DNA of 64,000 nt, taken from positions 293,334-357,333 of the forward strand of contig NIVC01000135.1 of assembly GCA_002269645.1 (NCBI GenBank), in the 5' to 3' direction. The translations under genes were made by a program, and so were the position numbers. The notes under the pieces are model-generated. The model searched no databases and was not told the origin of the DNA. It was given only the letters and a program-made list of their open reading frames with translations. This document shows positions 31,801 to 47,000 of the stretch, one piece after another. This stretch comes from Macrostomum lignano. Its lineage: Eukaryota. The first letter of the stretch is position 1. Every line of letters begins with the position of its first letter.

Positions 31801-34800
31801 CACTCTGCCTGGGGCTGCAGCCAGTTTGTAAAAATAGCCACCCCAACCTCCGCCCGCGGGCCGCCGTGTATTGAGGGGTGGTGGGTGCGCGTGTTCCGCG
31901 TTCAATGCAAATAACCCCCCCCCCGCGTGTTGGGGGTTCAATTAAATTTAACGATTCCCCCGGAATGGGAGGGGGTTGGGCTTGGGCTGAGTGTACATAG
32001 CAGTTGTACAGTGTAAGGAGATAGCTAGGACTGTGTCGAGATTTAATTGGTTTTATTATCGGCGGCATTCAATAGGCAGCCATGTGTATTTGCTGGGCAG
32101 TAAAATTTAATGAATAAACTTGCGAGCCTCTTTAGCAGGCTGTGAACGTACACTCGATACTTTAATGCTTTAAATCAGGAAATTTCAAGCGCTAACTGTT
32201 CCTCGAGTTTTAAACTTTCAGAGGAGAGACTTATATTACTGGAAAGATCTTGCAATACTGAGTTCGGGGATATAAGTTGTTTGCTTTAAATGTGAAAACA
32301 AAAAGCACAGCATTTAAAAAACGATTTCCATACTTTTAACTTTCGGCAGTGTACTCATTTTGGAGTTCAATGGGGGTTCGACCAACCCCCAACAGTTGGT
32401 GGGAGGGGGGGTTCAACTTTTAATTGCCACTGCGTATTGGAAGGGGGTCAGTCGCTGTGTATTGGAGGGTTGATTTAGTTTGCGCAATCTTTTTGTTAAC
32501 TTTTACCGAGACTGATACTGACTGACTGTGAAATCGGTTGCGCATTCAATTAATTCAATTGGTTCAACACGCTGCTGCGTTGTAGCTCTAACCCTAACCC
32601 TAACCCTAACCACTAAATCCTGAGAGTTTATTCTTTTTTACTGAGAAAATTTCGATTGAGTCCAGTTTAATGGAAAGAATTTCTGTTTCGCGAAGACGAT
32701 TTTGATGGATGTCAGTTTCACGGAGAGGATTTCCATGGAGTCCAGTTTCACGGAGAGGATTTCTGTTTCTCGGAGGGGATTTTGATGAATGTCAGTTTCA
32801 CGGAGAGGATTTCCATGGAGTCCAGTTTCACGGAGAGGATTTCTGTTTCTCGGAGGGGATTTTGATGAATGTCAGTTTCACGGAGAGGATTTCCATGGAG
32901 TCCAGTTTCACGGAGAGGATTTCTATTTCTCGGAGGGGATTTTGATGAATGTCAGTTTCACGGAGAGGTGTTTGATGGAGTTCTCTTTTACGGAGAAGAT
33001 TTCGATGATGTTCAGTTTCGTGGAGAGGAGTTGGATGATGGGATTCAAGGAATGGCATTTCAGGGAATGGAGTTCCGGTGATGGGAATTCTTCCCCTTTC
33101 TCCTCCAGAGGAGGAGTTGGCCTCGTATATACTAAAGTTGACGCGTTGTTTGTCTGTCTGTCTGTGTGTCTGTCTGTCATTTCGACAACTCCTCCTTGAA
33201 TAGTGCCAACTCAGCGTTGAAACTTATATGGGAAGATTGGAAATTATCCGAGGTCGGCTATAGGCTATTTTAATTCTGAAATTTTTATTTCTAAGATCCT
33301 CAAAAAAGCAGAAAACGGCGGTCTTGACCTTTGATAATCTTAATTGTCCCCTCTTTCTGCTTGGAGCTGAAAATTTGCATGAATTTCAAGTGATTGCGCC
33401 ACAACTTTTCCCTATCTCTGCAGTGTATTTTCTCTCCAGTGGGGGGATGGGGCGTTCTAAATGGCTGCCTGTGTACAATCGGACCCTGGTTCACTGGCTG
33501 ACTGTATAGACAATTGCGCAAAGATTTGTGTTCTAATTTTCAATAGGCAGCCCTGTGATTTTGTTGAACCTTGAAATTCAATGCATAAACTTGCGGGCCT
33601 CTTTAGCAGGCAGTGAACGTACAATCGATATTTCAATGCTTTATATCAGAAAGTTTCAAACGCAAACTGTTGCTCAAGTTTTTAACTTTGAGAGAAAAAA
33701 ATTTATATTGCTGGAAAGAACTTGCAAAGCTGATTTCATGGATATAAATTGTTTGCTTCAAATATGAAAACTAAAAGCTCTGCATTGCAAAAACTATTTC
33801 CATACTTTTAACTTTCTGCAAAAATTGTACTCAGTTTTGCGAGACGTAATAGATAAAGTTTGGGGGAGGGTTCAACTTCTTACTGCTGCTGTGTATTGGA
33901 GGGTTGATTTAGATTGCGCAATGTTTTTGTTAACTTTAACTGAGACTGATACTGACTGACTGTGAAATCGGTTGCGCCATCAAATTGTTTTATTATCTGT
34001 GCCTTTCAATAGGCTGCCCTCTGTAATAGCCAGCCTGTGTAATGAATGAATAAATTTGCGAGCCTCTTTGGCAGGCAGTGAACGTACACGCGATATTTCA
34101 ATGCCTTAAAACGGGAACTTTCAAACGCTAACTGCTCTTCGAGTTCTAAACTTTAAGAGAAGATACTTATCCTGCTGAAAAGATCTTGCAACGCTGAGTT
34201 CGAGGATATAAGTTGTTTGCTATAAATATAAAGACTAAAAGAGCAGCATCAAAAAAACTATTTCCATACTTTTAGCTTTCTGCAAAGATTGTACTCATTT
34301 TTTGGTTCAATGCCCCCAACAGTTCGGCGTTCAATTTCTAACTGCTACTGCGTATTGAAAAGAGGTCGGTCTCTGTGTACTGGAGGGTTGATTTAGATTG
34401 CGCAATCTTTTTGTTAACTTTAACTGAGACTGATACTGACTGACTGAGAAATCGGTTGCGCAATCAATTGATTCAATTGGTTCAATTTTTATTTGAACAC
34501 GCAGCTGTGTGTAGCTTTAACCCTAACCCTAACCCTAACAATAACCCTAACCAATGAATCCTGATATTTATTTTTTTGACGGAGAAAATTTCGATTGAGT
34601 CCAGTTTAAAAGAGAGAATTTCGATGGTTTTCAGTTTCACGGAAAGGATTTCGAAGGAGTCCAGTTTCACGGAGAGGATTTCGATGGTTTTCAGTTGCAC
34701 GGACAGGATTTCTGCTTCGCGGAGAGGATCTTGATGGATTTGGCATCTTCAATCAGTCAGAGAAAAGAGTAAAGAGAAGAATGAAAGCAGAAGAGAGATG

Positions 34801-37800
34801 AGATGATAGAAAACAGAGTAGAAATAAGTGGAGATATTAGACATGACAGATTGGAGAGAAGAGGGGATTTAGGCGGGAACGAAGAGGGAGAGAGAAGAAA
34901 AGAGGAGAGAGGAGAGAAAATAGATTAGGGATAAGAGCGTACAGAGAAAATAGAAGAGAGGGGAGAGTAGAGGAGAAAGAAAGAGTGAGATGAGGGGATG
35001 AGGGATGAGAGAGGAGGGGAGACAGGAGAGACAAGAAAGGAGAAAAGAGGGGAGAAAGGAGAAAGGAGAGAGTAGAGACGAAGGACCAGTTAGAAGATAT
35101 AAATACGGTAGTAGAGATGAGAGGAGAGATAGGAGAGAGAAGCGAGAGAAGAAGCGAGAGGAGAAGAGAAAGAGGAGAGAGGAGAGAGATGAAATAGATA
35201 AGAGAGTTAAGAGAGGAAAGTAGTGAGGAGAGGAGAGATGAGAGAAGAGAGGGGAGAAGATAAAAGGAGCAAGAGGAGGAGAAAAGAGAGAATGGAGAGG
35301 ATAGAAAAGAGAGAAGAGAAGAGACAGGGAAAAGTGGAAAGGAGGAAAGAAAGATTGGAGACAAGTAAGTGGAGTGTGAGAGCGTATATGAGATATGAGA
35401 AATGAGAGCAGAGAGGAAAGAAAAGAGAAGAGAGAGAGGGTTAAGAGAGACGATAGATAAGTGAATAGGGATGACATATAAAAGAGGAGAGAAGAGGGAG
35501 AGATAAGAGAGAAGAGAGAAGACAGGAGACAGAAGTGAAGAGGAGAGATATGAGAGAAGAGAGGAGACAAGAGACAGGAGAGGGTACAGACGAAAGACGA
35601 GGGAGAAAACATAAATAAGGGAGTACGGGTAGAGATGAGATGAGAGAGAGGAGAGAGAAGAGAGTCACGATAATAGCACAGAGTGGAGAGAGTAGATATG
35701 AGAGACGTGAGAGTCTTTGAGCTATGGTCTTTGAAAGGTTTTCTAAAGAATTTGGAGACGATTTGGAAGATAGGGTTCAAGACATGGAATTTCAGTTGAT
35801 GGATATTTCAGGGAATGGAATTCCGGTGATGGGAGTTCTTCCCCTTTCTCCTCCGAAGGAGGAGTTCCACTCGTTTTTTAATACTAAAGTTGGTGCGTTG
35901 TTTGTTTGTTTGTTTGTCTGTTTGTTTGTAGGATATCTCCTCCTAGACTACGTGCAACTCAGCGTTGAAACTTATATGGGAATACTGCAAATTTTCCGGA
36001 ATCGGCTTTAGGCTGTTTTAATCTTTCATTTTTTAATTTTAAGATCCCTAAAAAAGCAGAAATCTGATTTCCTAACCTTCTCTGGACACTTTTTCTGCTC
36101 GGAGCTGAAAATTTGCATAAATTTTGAGTGATTACGCCACAACTTTTTCCTATGTCGCCAGTGCATTTTCTCTCCTGTGGGGGAATGGGCGCGTTCTCAT
36201 TGGCGGCGTGTGTACAATTGGACCCTGGCTCACTGGCTGACTTTATAGACAATTGCGCAACTATTTGTGTTCTGTTTTTTAACAGGAAGCCCTGTGTATT
36301 TTTTGCACAGTTAAATTCAGTGCATTTTAATGCATAAACTCGCGAGCATCTTTAGCAGGCAGTGAAGGTACACTCGATATTTCAATGCTTAAAATCAGAA
36401 AGTTTCAAACACTAACTGTTGCTCGAGTTTTGAACTTAGAGAGGAGAGACTTATATTGCTGGAAAGATCTTGCTGCGATGAGTTCGGGGATATAAGTTTT
36501 TTGCTTTAAATATGAAAATTAAATTCACAGCATTCAAGAAAAGATTTTCATACTTTAAGCTTTCTGCAAAGATTGTGCTCATTTTGGAGTTCAATGGGGG
36601 TTCGACCGACCCCCCAATAGTTGGTGGGGGGGAGTTCAATTTCTAGCTGCACTGCGTATTGGAAGGGGGGTCGGTTGCTGTGTATTTGAGGGTTGATTTA
36701 GATTGCGCAATCTTTTTGTTAACTTTAACTGAGGCTGATACTGACTGCCTGAGAAATAAGTTGCGCAATTTAATTGGTTCAATGTTTTTACGGCGCCTTT
36801 CAACACGCAGCTGTGTGTAGCTCTAACCCTAACCCTAACCAATGAATTCTGAGAGCTGGGCTGTTTGACGTAGAAATTTCGATTTAGTCCAGTTTCACGG
36901 AGAGGATTTCTATTTCGCGGAGAATATTTCGATGGTGTTCAGTTTCACGGAGAGGATTTCGATAGTGTTCAGTTTCACGGAGACGATTTCTGTTGCGCGG
37001 AGAGGTGTTGGAAAATGGGATTCCGCTGATGGAGTTCAGGGAATGGAATTCCGCTGATTGGAGTTCTTCCCCTTTCTTCTCCGAAGGAGGAGTTGGCCTC
37101 GTCCTAATACTAAAGTTGGTGCGATGATTGTTTGTTTGTTTGTCTGTTTGTTTGTGTGTTGCATAACTCCTCCTAGAATACTTGCAAGTCAGCGTTGAAA
37201 CTTATATGGGTAAACTGCAAATTTTCCGGGGACTGCAGTGGGCTATTTCAATTTTTTATTTTCACATTTTAAGATCCCTAAAAAAGCAGAAAACTGCAAT
37301 CTTGACCTTTGATAATCTTATTTGTCCCCTCTTTCTGCTCGGAGCTGATAAAATGCATCAATTTTGATTGCTTGCGCCATAACTTTCTCCTATCTCGCCA
37401 GTGCATTTCTCTCCAGTTGGGGGATGGGGCGTTCTAAGTGGCTGCGTGTGTACAATTGGACCCTAGCTCACTGGCGCACTGTATAGATGATTGCGCAATG
37501 ATTTGGCTACTGTTAAGTTGTTCTGCCTTTCAATATGAAGCCTGTGTATTGTAGGACAGTTAAATTCATTGCATAACTTGCGAGTCGCTTTAACAGGCGG
37601 TGAGCGTACACTCGATATTTCAATGCTTTAAATCGGAAAGTTGTAAACGCTAACTGCTCCTCGAGTTCTAAACTTTAAGAGAAAAAACTTATATTGCCGG
37701 AAAGAGCTTGCAACACTGAGTTTGGAGGTATAAGTTGTTTGCTTTAAATATGAAAACAAAAAGGACAGCATTCAAAAACTATTTCCGAACTTTTAACTTT

Positions 37801-40800
37801 CTGCAAAGATTACACTTAGTTTCGCGAGACGTAATAGATAAAGTTATGGGAAGGGTTCAACTTCTTACTGCCACTGTGTATTGGAGGGTTGATTTAGATT
37901 GCGCAATCATTTTGTTAACTTTACCTGAGCCTGATACTGACTAAATGAGAAATCGGTTGCGCAATAAATTGATTCAATTAAATCAATATTCTTATCGGCG
38001 CCTTCAACCCGCAGCTCTGTGCAGCTCTAACCCTAACCCTAGACCACTGATGGCACTGAACCCTGAGAGTTGAGTTCTTTTTGACGGAGAAAATTTCGAT
38101 TGAGTCCAGTTTTACGGAGAGGATTTCGATGGTTTTCAGTTTCACGGAGAGGATTTCTGTTTCGCGGAGAGGAGTTTGATGGATTTGAAGATGTTTTGAT
38201 GATGGGATTCGGGTCATGGGATTCAGCTAAGGGGTTTCAGGGAATGGAATTCCGGTGATGGGAGTTCTTCCCCTTTCTCCTCCATCGGAGGAGTTGGCCT
38301 CGTCTTAATACTAAAAGTGGTGCGATGTTTGTTTGTGTGTTGCAATTTTTCTCCTAGACTACTGGCAAGTCAGCGTTGAAACTTATATGGGAAAACTGCA
38401 AATTTTCCGGATTGGGTTTATAGCTATTTTAATATTTCATTTTTACATTTTAAGATCCCTAAAAAAGCAGAAAACTGTTTTTTTAACCCTCAATAACCTT
38501 CTTTGGCCACTCTGACTGGGGCTGCAGCCAGTTTGTAAAAATAGCCACCCCAACCTCCGCCCGCGGGCCGCTGTGTATTGAGGGGTGGTGGGTGCGCGTG
38601 TTACGCGTTCAATGCAAATAACCCCCCCGCGTGTTGGGGGTTCAATTAAATTTAACGATTCCCCCGGAATGGGAGGGGGTTGGGCTTGGGCTGAGTGTAC
38701 ATAGCAGTTGTACAGTGTAAGGAGATAGCTAGGACTGTGTCGAGATTTAATTGGTTTTATTATCGGCGGCATTCAATAGGCAGCCATGTGTATTTGCTGG
38801 GCAGTAAAATTTAATGAATAAACTTGCGAGCCTCTTTAGCAGGCTGTGAACGTACACTCGATACTTTAATGCTTTAAATCAGGAAATTTCAAGCGCTAAC
38901 TGTTCCTCGAGTTTTAAACTTTCAGAGGAGAGACTTATATTACTGGAAAGATCTTGCAATACTGAGTTCGGGGATATAAGTTGTTTGCTTTAAATGTGAA
39001 AACAAAAAGCACAGCATTTAAAAAAACGATTTCCATACTTTTAACTTTCGGCAGTGTACTCATTTTGGAGTTCAATGGGGGTTCGACCAACCCCCCAACA
39101 GTTGGTGGGAGGGGGGGGGTTCAACTTTTAATTGCCACTGCGTATTGGAAGGGGGTCAGTCGCTGTGTATTGGAGGGTTGATTTAGTTTGCGCAATCTTT
39201 TTGTTAACTTTTTACCGAGACTGATACTGACTGACTGTGAAATCGGTTGCGCATTTAATTAATTCAATTGGTTCAACACGCTGCTGCGTTGTAGCTCTAA
39301 CCCTAACCCTAACCCTAACCCTAACCACTAAATCCTGAGAGTTGATTCTTTTTTACGGAGAAAATTTCGATTCAGTCCAGTTTAATGGAGAGAATTTCTG
39401 TTTCTCGGAGGGGATTTTGATGAATGTCAGTTTCACGGAGAGTATTTCCATGGAGTCCAGTTTCACGGAGAGGATTTCTGTTTCTCGGAGGGGATTTTGA
39501 TGAATGTCAGTTTCACGGAGAGGATTTCCATGGAGTCCAGTTTCACGGAGAGGATTTCTATTTCTCGGAGGGGATTTTGATGAATGTCAGTTTCACGGAG
39601 AGGTGTTTGATGGAGTTCTCTTTTACGGAGAAGATTTCGATGATGTTCAGTTTCGCGGAGAGGAGTTGGATGATGGGATTCAGGGAATGGCATTTCAGGG
39701 AATGGAGTACCGGTGATGGGAATTCTTCCCCTTTCTCCTCCATCGGAGGAGTTGGCCTCGTCTTATATCTAAAGCTGAGTGGGTCGATCGACCGGCCGGG
39801 TTTAACGCGTATCTCCTCCTAGACGGCTGGCAACTCAAATGCGGGACTTACATATATCAATTCAAAATTTTCCTACGCAACAAATAGGCTATTTTAATGT
39901 TGAAAAATTAAAAGTCAAGTCCGTTAAAAAAGCAAAAAACTGTTTTCTTAACCTTCTTTGGCCACTTTGCCTCTCCAGTGGCATTATTGTAAAAACAACC
40001 ACCCCAACCTCCCCCGCAGGTCGCTGTGTATTGGAGGGGTGGTTGATGCGTGTTCTGGGTTCAATGCTAATAAAACCCCCGCGTGTTGGGGGGTTCAGTT
40101 AAATTTAATGCTTCCCTCCAGAACGGAGGGTTGGTTTGGGCTGAGTGTACATAGCAATGTACATTGTAAACAGATAGATAGGACTGTGTCGAGATTCAAT
40201 TGGTTTTACTATCGGCGCCTTTCAAAAGGCAGCCTGTCTGTGGGCCTTTTCATATTACCAATTCCAGAACCAGAATCGGTTCGGAATTCCAAGAAAAACA
40301 GCAGTATAACTATTAAACTCTGTTAATATTTGACTGCCTTAACAACCTAACTTAGCACAATTTTTCACTTTCTTCTTGGCGATTGTCATTCAATAATAAA
40401 AACTTTATAGCACGTATCTCCCTCTAGTTATGGAGACAAAAAGTTATACTTCACAAATTGGTTCTGGTTCTGGAACCAGAGCAAGCAATATGAAAAGGCC
40501 CTGTATATTAGCTGGGCAGTGAAATTCAATGAATAAACAGCAGGCAGGTGAATGTACACTCGATACTTAATGCTTTGAACCGGGAAGTTCAGACGTTAAC
40601 TGTTCCTTTTTTTTAACTTTGAGAGGAGAGACTTATATTGCTGGAAGGATCTTGCAACGCTGAATTCGGGGATTTAAGTTATTTGCTTTACATATGAAAA
40701 CAAAAAGCACAGCATTGAAAAAACGATTCCATACTTTTAAAATTTCTGCCAAGATTGTAGTTGGGGGGGGGGGGTTGAGTACACAAATTCAGGCCAGCTA

Positions 40801-42690
40801 TCATTTGAGTAAATTCAGTAATGGAGGAGGCTGGTAACAAATTTCAATTGGTTTGATTATCGGCGCTTTCAGTCCGTCAGATAAGAGAGTAAAGAGAAGA
40901 GAGATTTCAAGGAGAAGAGAGGATAGAAAGATGATAGAAAGACAGTAGATATGAGAGATAAGAGATTAAAGACGACAGAGCCAGAGGGGAGAGAAGAGGG
41001 GAGTGAGGCGGGAATGATGAAGAGGGAGAGCGAAGAGAAGAGAAAGTAGAGGGAAGAAAGGAGGGGAGAGAGGAAAATGAGAGAGCAAAGGAGGGAGGAA
41101 AGATGGGAGGAGAGAGGAGGGATAAGATAGTACAGAGGAGAGAGAAGAGAGAGGAGAGATGAGACAGGAGACGGTAGAGAGAAGAGGGGAAAGATGAGAG
41201 ATGAAGAGGGAGAGGGTAAGAGAGAAAATAGGAGTATGAGAATTGAGAGCAGAGAGGAGATACGAGAGAGAAAAAAGAGGAGAGAGAGAGGACAGGGTAG
41301 AGGAGAGGCGATAGATAAGCGAGTAGAGATGAGAGATGAGAGAGAAGAGGAGAGATAGAGAGAAATGAGAGAAGACAGGAGAGAAGAGATAGAGAGAAGA
41401 GGGAGAGAGAGAAGCGAGAAGAGAAGGGAGAGAAGAGAGAGATGAAAAAACAAATGAGAGAGCAAAGGGAAAAGATGAGAGAATAGAGATGAGAAAATAG
41501 AGATGAGAGCGTAGAGAGGAGAGATGAGAGATGGGAGGTGATTGATAAGAAAGTAAGAGTAGAGATGAGAGAGGAGATGGAGAGCAGGAAGCAGAAAGAA
41601 GAGATTAGATAAAGGAGCAAAGAGGAGAGAGGCGACAGGAGAGAGTCTCAGTCTGGACGATGGCAGTCAATTTTTGTAAACAGGGAAAACATGCTATGAT
41701 ATTTCAGAGGTTTTATGGAGGATTTGGAAGATTTGGAAGATTTTTTGACGTATACCCAGACAAGTAAAAATCATATTTTTATAGACTTCAGTTTCATAGT
41801 CTTGATTGACTGAAATTTGATAGAGATAGTATTTTTTTAAATCGATGGATTGTAGCTTGAAGGAGATGATACAAGCTAGATTGCAGTTTAACGGAGAGGA
41901 TTTTGATGATAGCTGTTTCATGGAGAGGATGAAATGGTTAAATTGAAAGGGAATAGAGAAAAGAGAAAAGGCTAGAGTAGATAAAAGATTAGATGAAAGA
42001 GAACATGAAAAGAGAGAATTAAAAGGGACAGATTAGAGAAAAGAAAAAAAGAGAATAAAGGCGAGAGAAGAGATGAGGGAATTGAGAGGAGAGAGGAGAG
42101 GGGTAAGAGAGGAGAAAGAGGAGACAGGAGGGAGTAGAGCCGAAAGACGAGAGAGAAGAGATAAATGAGTAGAGATGAGGGGAGAGAGAGGAGAGAGAAG
42201 CGAGATTATAAGGGAGAGAGGAGAGGGGAGAAAGTAGAGAGATGAGTGAGCAGACAGGAGATGAAGGAGAGGAGAGAGAAGAGAGCAGAGATAAAAGAGG
42301 AGAGAGGAAAAAGTAGAGGAGAAAGTAGTGAGGAGAAAGAAGAGAGTAAATATGAGAGCGCAGAGAGGAGAGATAAGAGAGTAGAGATGAGAGATGAGAA
42401 ATGATAGATAAGCGAGGAGATGAGAGCAGAGAGGAGATAGGAGAGATTAGAGATGAGAGAGCAAAGAGGAGAGAGGAGACAGGCGAGAGTCAGTCTGGAT
42501 GATGGCAGGCAGTCAGTTTTTGCAAACAGGTAAAACAACATGGTTTTTGGGAGCTTAATAGAGAATTTGGAGAGGATTTGGACGATGGGATTCGTGTCAT
42601 TGGATTCAGCTGATGGATTTCAGAAAATGAAATTCTGGCGATGGGAGTTCTTCCCCTTACTCCGCCAACGGAGGAGTTGGCCTCGTCTCG
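25823..42690 (+). repeat. Head-to-tail array of ~9 non-autonomous Helitron-like units (1.2-2.9 kb)
   Basis: Junctions at ~27173, 29391, 31597, 33126, 35874, 37102, 38303, 39761 and 42691. Each joins a hairpin CTCCTCC-N3-GGAGGAG + TT(GGC/CCA)CTCG to a start T(C)..ATACTAAA(A)GT(T/G)G followed by a (CTGT)n/(TTGT)n microsatellite. Termini are shared with the RepHel-coding element. Confidence 0.72.
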
Positions 42691-44069
42691 TCTTAATACT
42701 AAAAGTGGTGCGTTGTTTGTCTGTATGTATGTCAGTTCGATAACTCCTCCTAGAATACTTGCAACTCAGCGTTGAAACTTATATGGGAAAACTGCAAATT
42801 TTCCGAGGATGGCTTTAGGCTATTTTAATCTTTCATTTTTTTAATTTTAAGATCCCTAAAAAAGCAGAAAGCAGCAATTCTGACCTTTGATAATCTTATT
42901 TGTCCCCTCTTTCTGCTCGAAGCTGAAAAAATGTATCAATTTTGAGTGATTGCGCCACAACTTTCTCCTATCTCGGCAGTGCATTTTCTCTCCAGTGGGG
43001 GGATGGTCGCGTTCTCAGTGGCTGCGTGTGTACAATCGGACCCTGGCTGAAAAAATAAATTTCACTTAACTGCACATCGGCCAAATTGAACTGTGCGTAT
43101 TTTGTGGGTTGGTGGGTGGGTAGGAAGCGCAATTATATGGCTACTGGGTCGAAATTCAATTGGTTTTATATTCAGAAAGACAAGCCTTTCAACTGACTGC
43201 CCCTGTGTATTTGTTGCACAGTGAAATTCAATGCATATAACTGATACTGACTAACTGAGAAATGGATTGCGCCATCAATTTGCCTTTCAAAAGGCTGCCC
43301 CTGTGTAATAGCTGGGCAGTGAAATTCAATAAAAACTTGCGAGCCTCTTTAGCAGGCAGTGAATGTACACTCGATATTTCAATGCTTTAAATTACACAGT
43401 TTCAAACGCTAACTGCTCACAGCGACTTGCTCAACTGCTCAACTGCTCTTCGAGTTTTAAACTTTAAGAGGAGAGATTTATATTGCTGGAAAGAACTTGC
43501 AACGCTGAGTTCAGGGATATAAGTTGTTTGCTTTAAATATGAAAACTAAAAGCACAGCATTCAAAAAACAATTTCCATACTTTTAACTTTCTTCAGAGTG
43601 CACTCATTATGGGGGTTCAATGGGGGTTTGATCGACCCCCCAACAGTGTGGGGGAGGGCGGTTCAACTTTTAATTGCCACTGCGTATTGGAAGGGGGTCA
43701 GTCGCTGTGTATTGGATGGTTGATTTAGATTGCGCGATCATTTTAATTGATACTCTTACTGACTGACTAAGAAATCGATTGCGCTATTCAATATTGGGGG
43801 AGGCAGGGTTGGGGGCTTAAGTTATTTTTTATTGACAAAAGATAATGTACATTGGGCTTCTACTTACACTGGGCCCTTACTTAACGTTGTGATTTTTCAA
43901 TTCAGTTTCATTTATTTCGATATCATAATAGAATTCTCACCAATCGTCCGATCTTCCTATTTCTATACTTTTGCTTATTTCTGCCCTTTGCTTCTTGCTT
44001 TTTGCCTGTGTGCTATTCGCCATTTGCTTATATTTATTTATTTTTATATTATAACTTAAACTTATTATA

Positions 44070-47000
44070 ATGCCAAAACGTGGTCGTGGAAGCCTTTCCC
44101 GCTCTACACGCGCTGCATCGAATGCCAAGAGGCGCAGGGCGTCCGAGACACCTGATGAGCGGGCAGCGCGCGTTGAGCGGGAGCGGCAGCATAAGGCCGA
44201 GAGCCGCGAGGGTGAGGGCGATGTGGAGCGCCAGCATCGCCTTGAGTCAAACCGACTGCGTGCAGCCGGATGCCGCGAGGTTGAAGACGAAGTTGAGCGC
44301 CAGCATCGCCTTGAGTCAAATCGACTGCGTGCAGCCGAAAGCCGTGATGATGAAGACGAGGCGGAGCGCCAGCGTCGACTCGACCACGACCGGCTGCGTT
44401 CTGCCGAAGGTCGGCAAGCCGAAGACGAGGCCGTCCATCAGCATCGTCTGGAGGCGCAGCGGCAGCGCCAGAGCAAGAATCGTGCGGTTGAGTCCGCGGT
44501 AGACCACGACCGCCGACTACATGCACAGGCAGAGAGGCGCCGAGACAGGTAGGGGTTGTTATATATTTTATTCTGCTATCCTTATGCTCAGCTGCTCATT
44601 CTTTAGGATTATTATACTAACTGCATGTACGTCTGCTCTTTATTTCATTGCCACAGACTGTTGGAGCTGGCACACCAGCCACATGTGCTCGGTCGCATGG
44701 ACCGCCAATGCCTTCACTGCAGCGCGCTACGCTGGAAGGACGAGCCAGCTAGCATTTGCTGCCATGCAGGAAAGGTGAGTTAAAATTTTCAACATTAGTT
44801 TATTTAAATTGCTGCCTCATTGATGCTTTTTTATACCGATCATTACTTTATAAAATCAATATTGTACAAAGCCTCTGACCATCAATAGATTCAAAGACAA
44901 TTGCGTGATTTGCTGCAGCCCGTTTCAACATAAAGCTACTTGAGTCTTTTTTCATTTCCCTGACAGACCGTCCTGGAGCAGCGCCGAGACCCGCCTGATG
45001 TTCTGAAGCGACTGCTGACTGGCGAGCATCCGTTCAGCCCGCAGTTCCTGAAGGACATCAGGAAGTACAACGGCGCGCTCCACATGACCTCGCTTGGTTC
45101 CAGGCAGCGTGAGCAGCCCGGGTGGAACCCGAGCTTCATCCTCCATGGTCAGATGCACCATCGCATTGGCAGCCTGTTGCCAGACCCGGGGGATGCGGCC
45201 AGGTTCTGCCAGGTCTTCTTTGTGGACCAAGAGCTGCAGAACAGACTGCAATGGACGGCTGGTCTCAACGACACTTTGCTGCGGGAGCTGCAAGCTGTTC
45301 TGCATGACTGCAACAGCTACGTGCGCAGCCTCAAGTCCGCAGTCGACTTGCTGCGCAGCGACCCGCAATTGCAGAGCGCCAGGGTCGTCATCAACCCCGA
45401 TGCCCGCCCATCTGGGGAGCATGTCCGACGCTTCAACTTGCCCGAGTGCAGTGAGGTCGGCATCCTGACGGACCTTGGCGATGCTGATGGCGTAGTTCAG
45501 GCGCAATGGCGGAGCGTGGTTTTGCGTCTGAGAGGTGGTGGTAAGTACTTTAAGCGCCTTAAAAGACTTAAAATTTGGGTTGCATTGCAAAGTCAGATAA
45601 TAGACACATTCTCGGCTATTCAAGTGTACATTTTTCTTGCATTTGAACTGCATTCACAGGCCTCCAGGAGATCTCTGAGACCCATCGCTCCTACGATCCG
45701 TTGGAGTACGTGCTGCTGCTTCCGTACGGCGAGGACGGCTGGCACATTGGGCTCAAGAAGGATCGAGGCATCACCATGATGAAGTACTACGCCTACTTGA
45801 TCCAGGTGCGACCAGGCCAGTTCAACAGCCTGCTGTACGGTCGCCGGCTCTTCCAGCAGTACCTGGTGGACCAGGCTGCCAAGATCGAGTCGGAGCGACT
45901 TACGTACATCCGGCAGCACCAAACGGATCTGGTGTCTGAAAGTCTTCGGGGTCTCCGAGACGCGCTGCACGAGGACGACGGCAGGCCGGAGGAAGTCGGG
46001 AAGCGTGTCATTCTTACTTCCAGCTACGTGGGAGGTCCACGGTACCGTCTGGAGCGTCAGCAGGATGCCATGGCGTATGTTCACGCCTTTGGCCGCCCAG
46101 ACCTGTTTCTGACGATGACATGCAACCCGAAGTGGCCGGAAATTCTGGCCGAGCTGCTTCCGGGCCAGACTGCCGTCGATCGGCCGGACATCACCGCCCG
46201 GGTGTTCGAGCTGAAGAAGAAGGCCTTCTTAAACAGGCTGAAGAGTCTGTTTGGAGATACTCTGGCTCGAGTCTGCTCGCTGGAGTACCAGAAGCGAGGC
46301 AAGTGTACTTTTTAGCTTTAAACTGTAGCATTAACTGTTGGCTCCATAACTTCGTAAATTTCAATAAAATTATTGATTATCAATTATCAATAAATTTTAT
46401 CCACAACCAGGTCTTCCCCACGTGCACGCGCTGCTGTGGCTGGCGAACAAGCTGAAGCCGGATCAGTACGACGCCGTCATCAGCGCGGAGATCCCGGACC
46501 CTGTCGCCGACGCCGACCTGCATCAGCTGGTGGCGGAGAACATGCTGCACGGTCCCTGTGGACAGCAGCTCAATTCTGCCGCGGCGTGCATGGAGAAAGG
46601 CAGGTGCAGCAAGCGCTACCCGAGGGAGTTCCTGGCCGCCACGAAGGTCGAGGAGGATGGCTACCCGCATTACTGCCGCAGATCCGTCGAGATGGGCGGC
46701 TTCACGGTGACGAAGCTCGCAAAGCTGCGCGGCGGTCAGAGGGTGATGTTCACCTTTGACAACCGCTGGGTGGTGCCGTACTGCCCAGCGCTGCTGCGCG
46801 AGTTTCGCTGTCACCTGAATGTCGAGATCTGCGCGACAGTTCGGGCCATCAAGTACGTGGTGAAGTACATCACCAAGGGTAGCGACATGGCAGCATACCA
46901 GATCCGCAAGGAGTCGGCGGCTGCTGCGAATGCCAGCGCTGATTCGGCCACTGAAGGACCACTGGCGATCGCCGGTCCGTCCACGTCGACTGGGACTGCT

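Noticed and set aside
32709-33199. Repeated ORFs such as MSVSRRGFPWSPVSRRGF (also 894-1197 and 39424-39822)
   Set aside because: Translations of the TTTCACGGAGAGGA minisatellite; frame and length vary between units.
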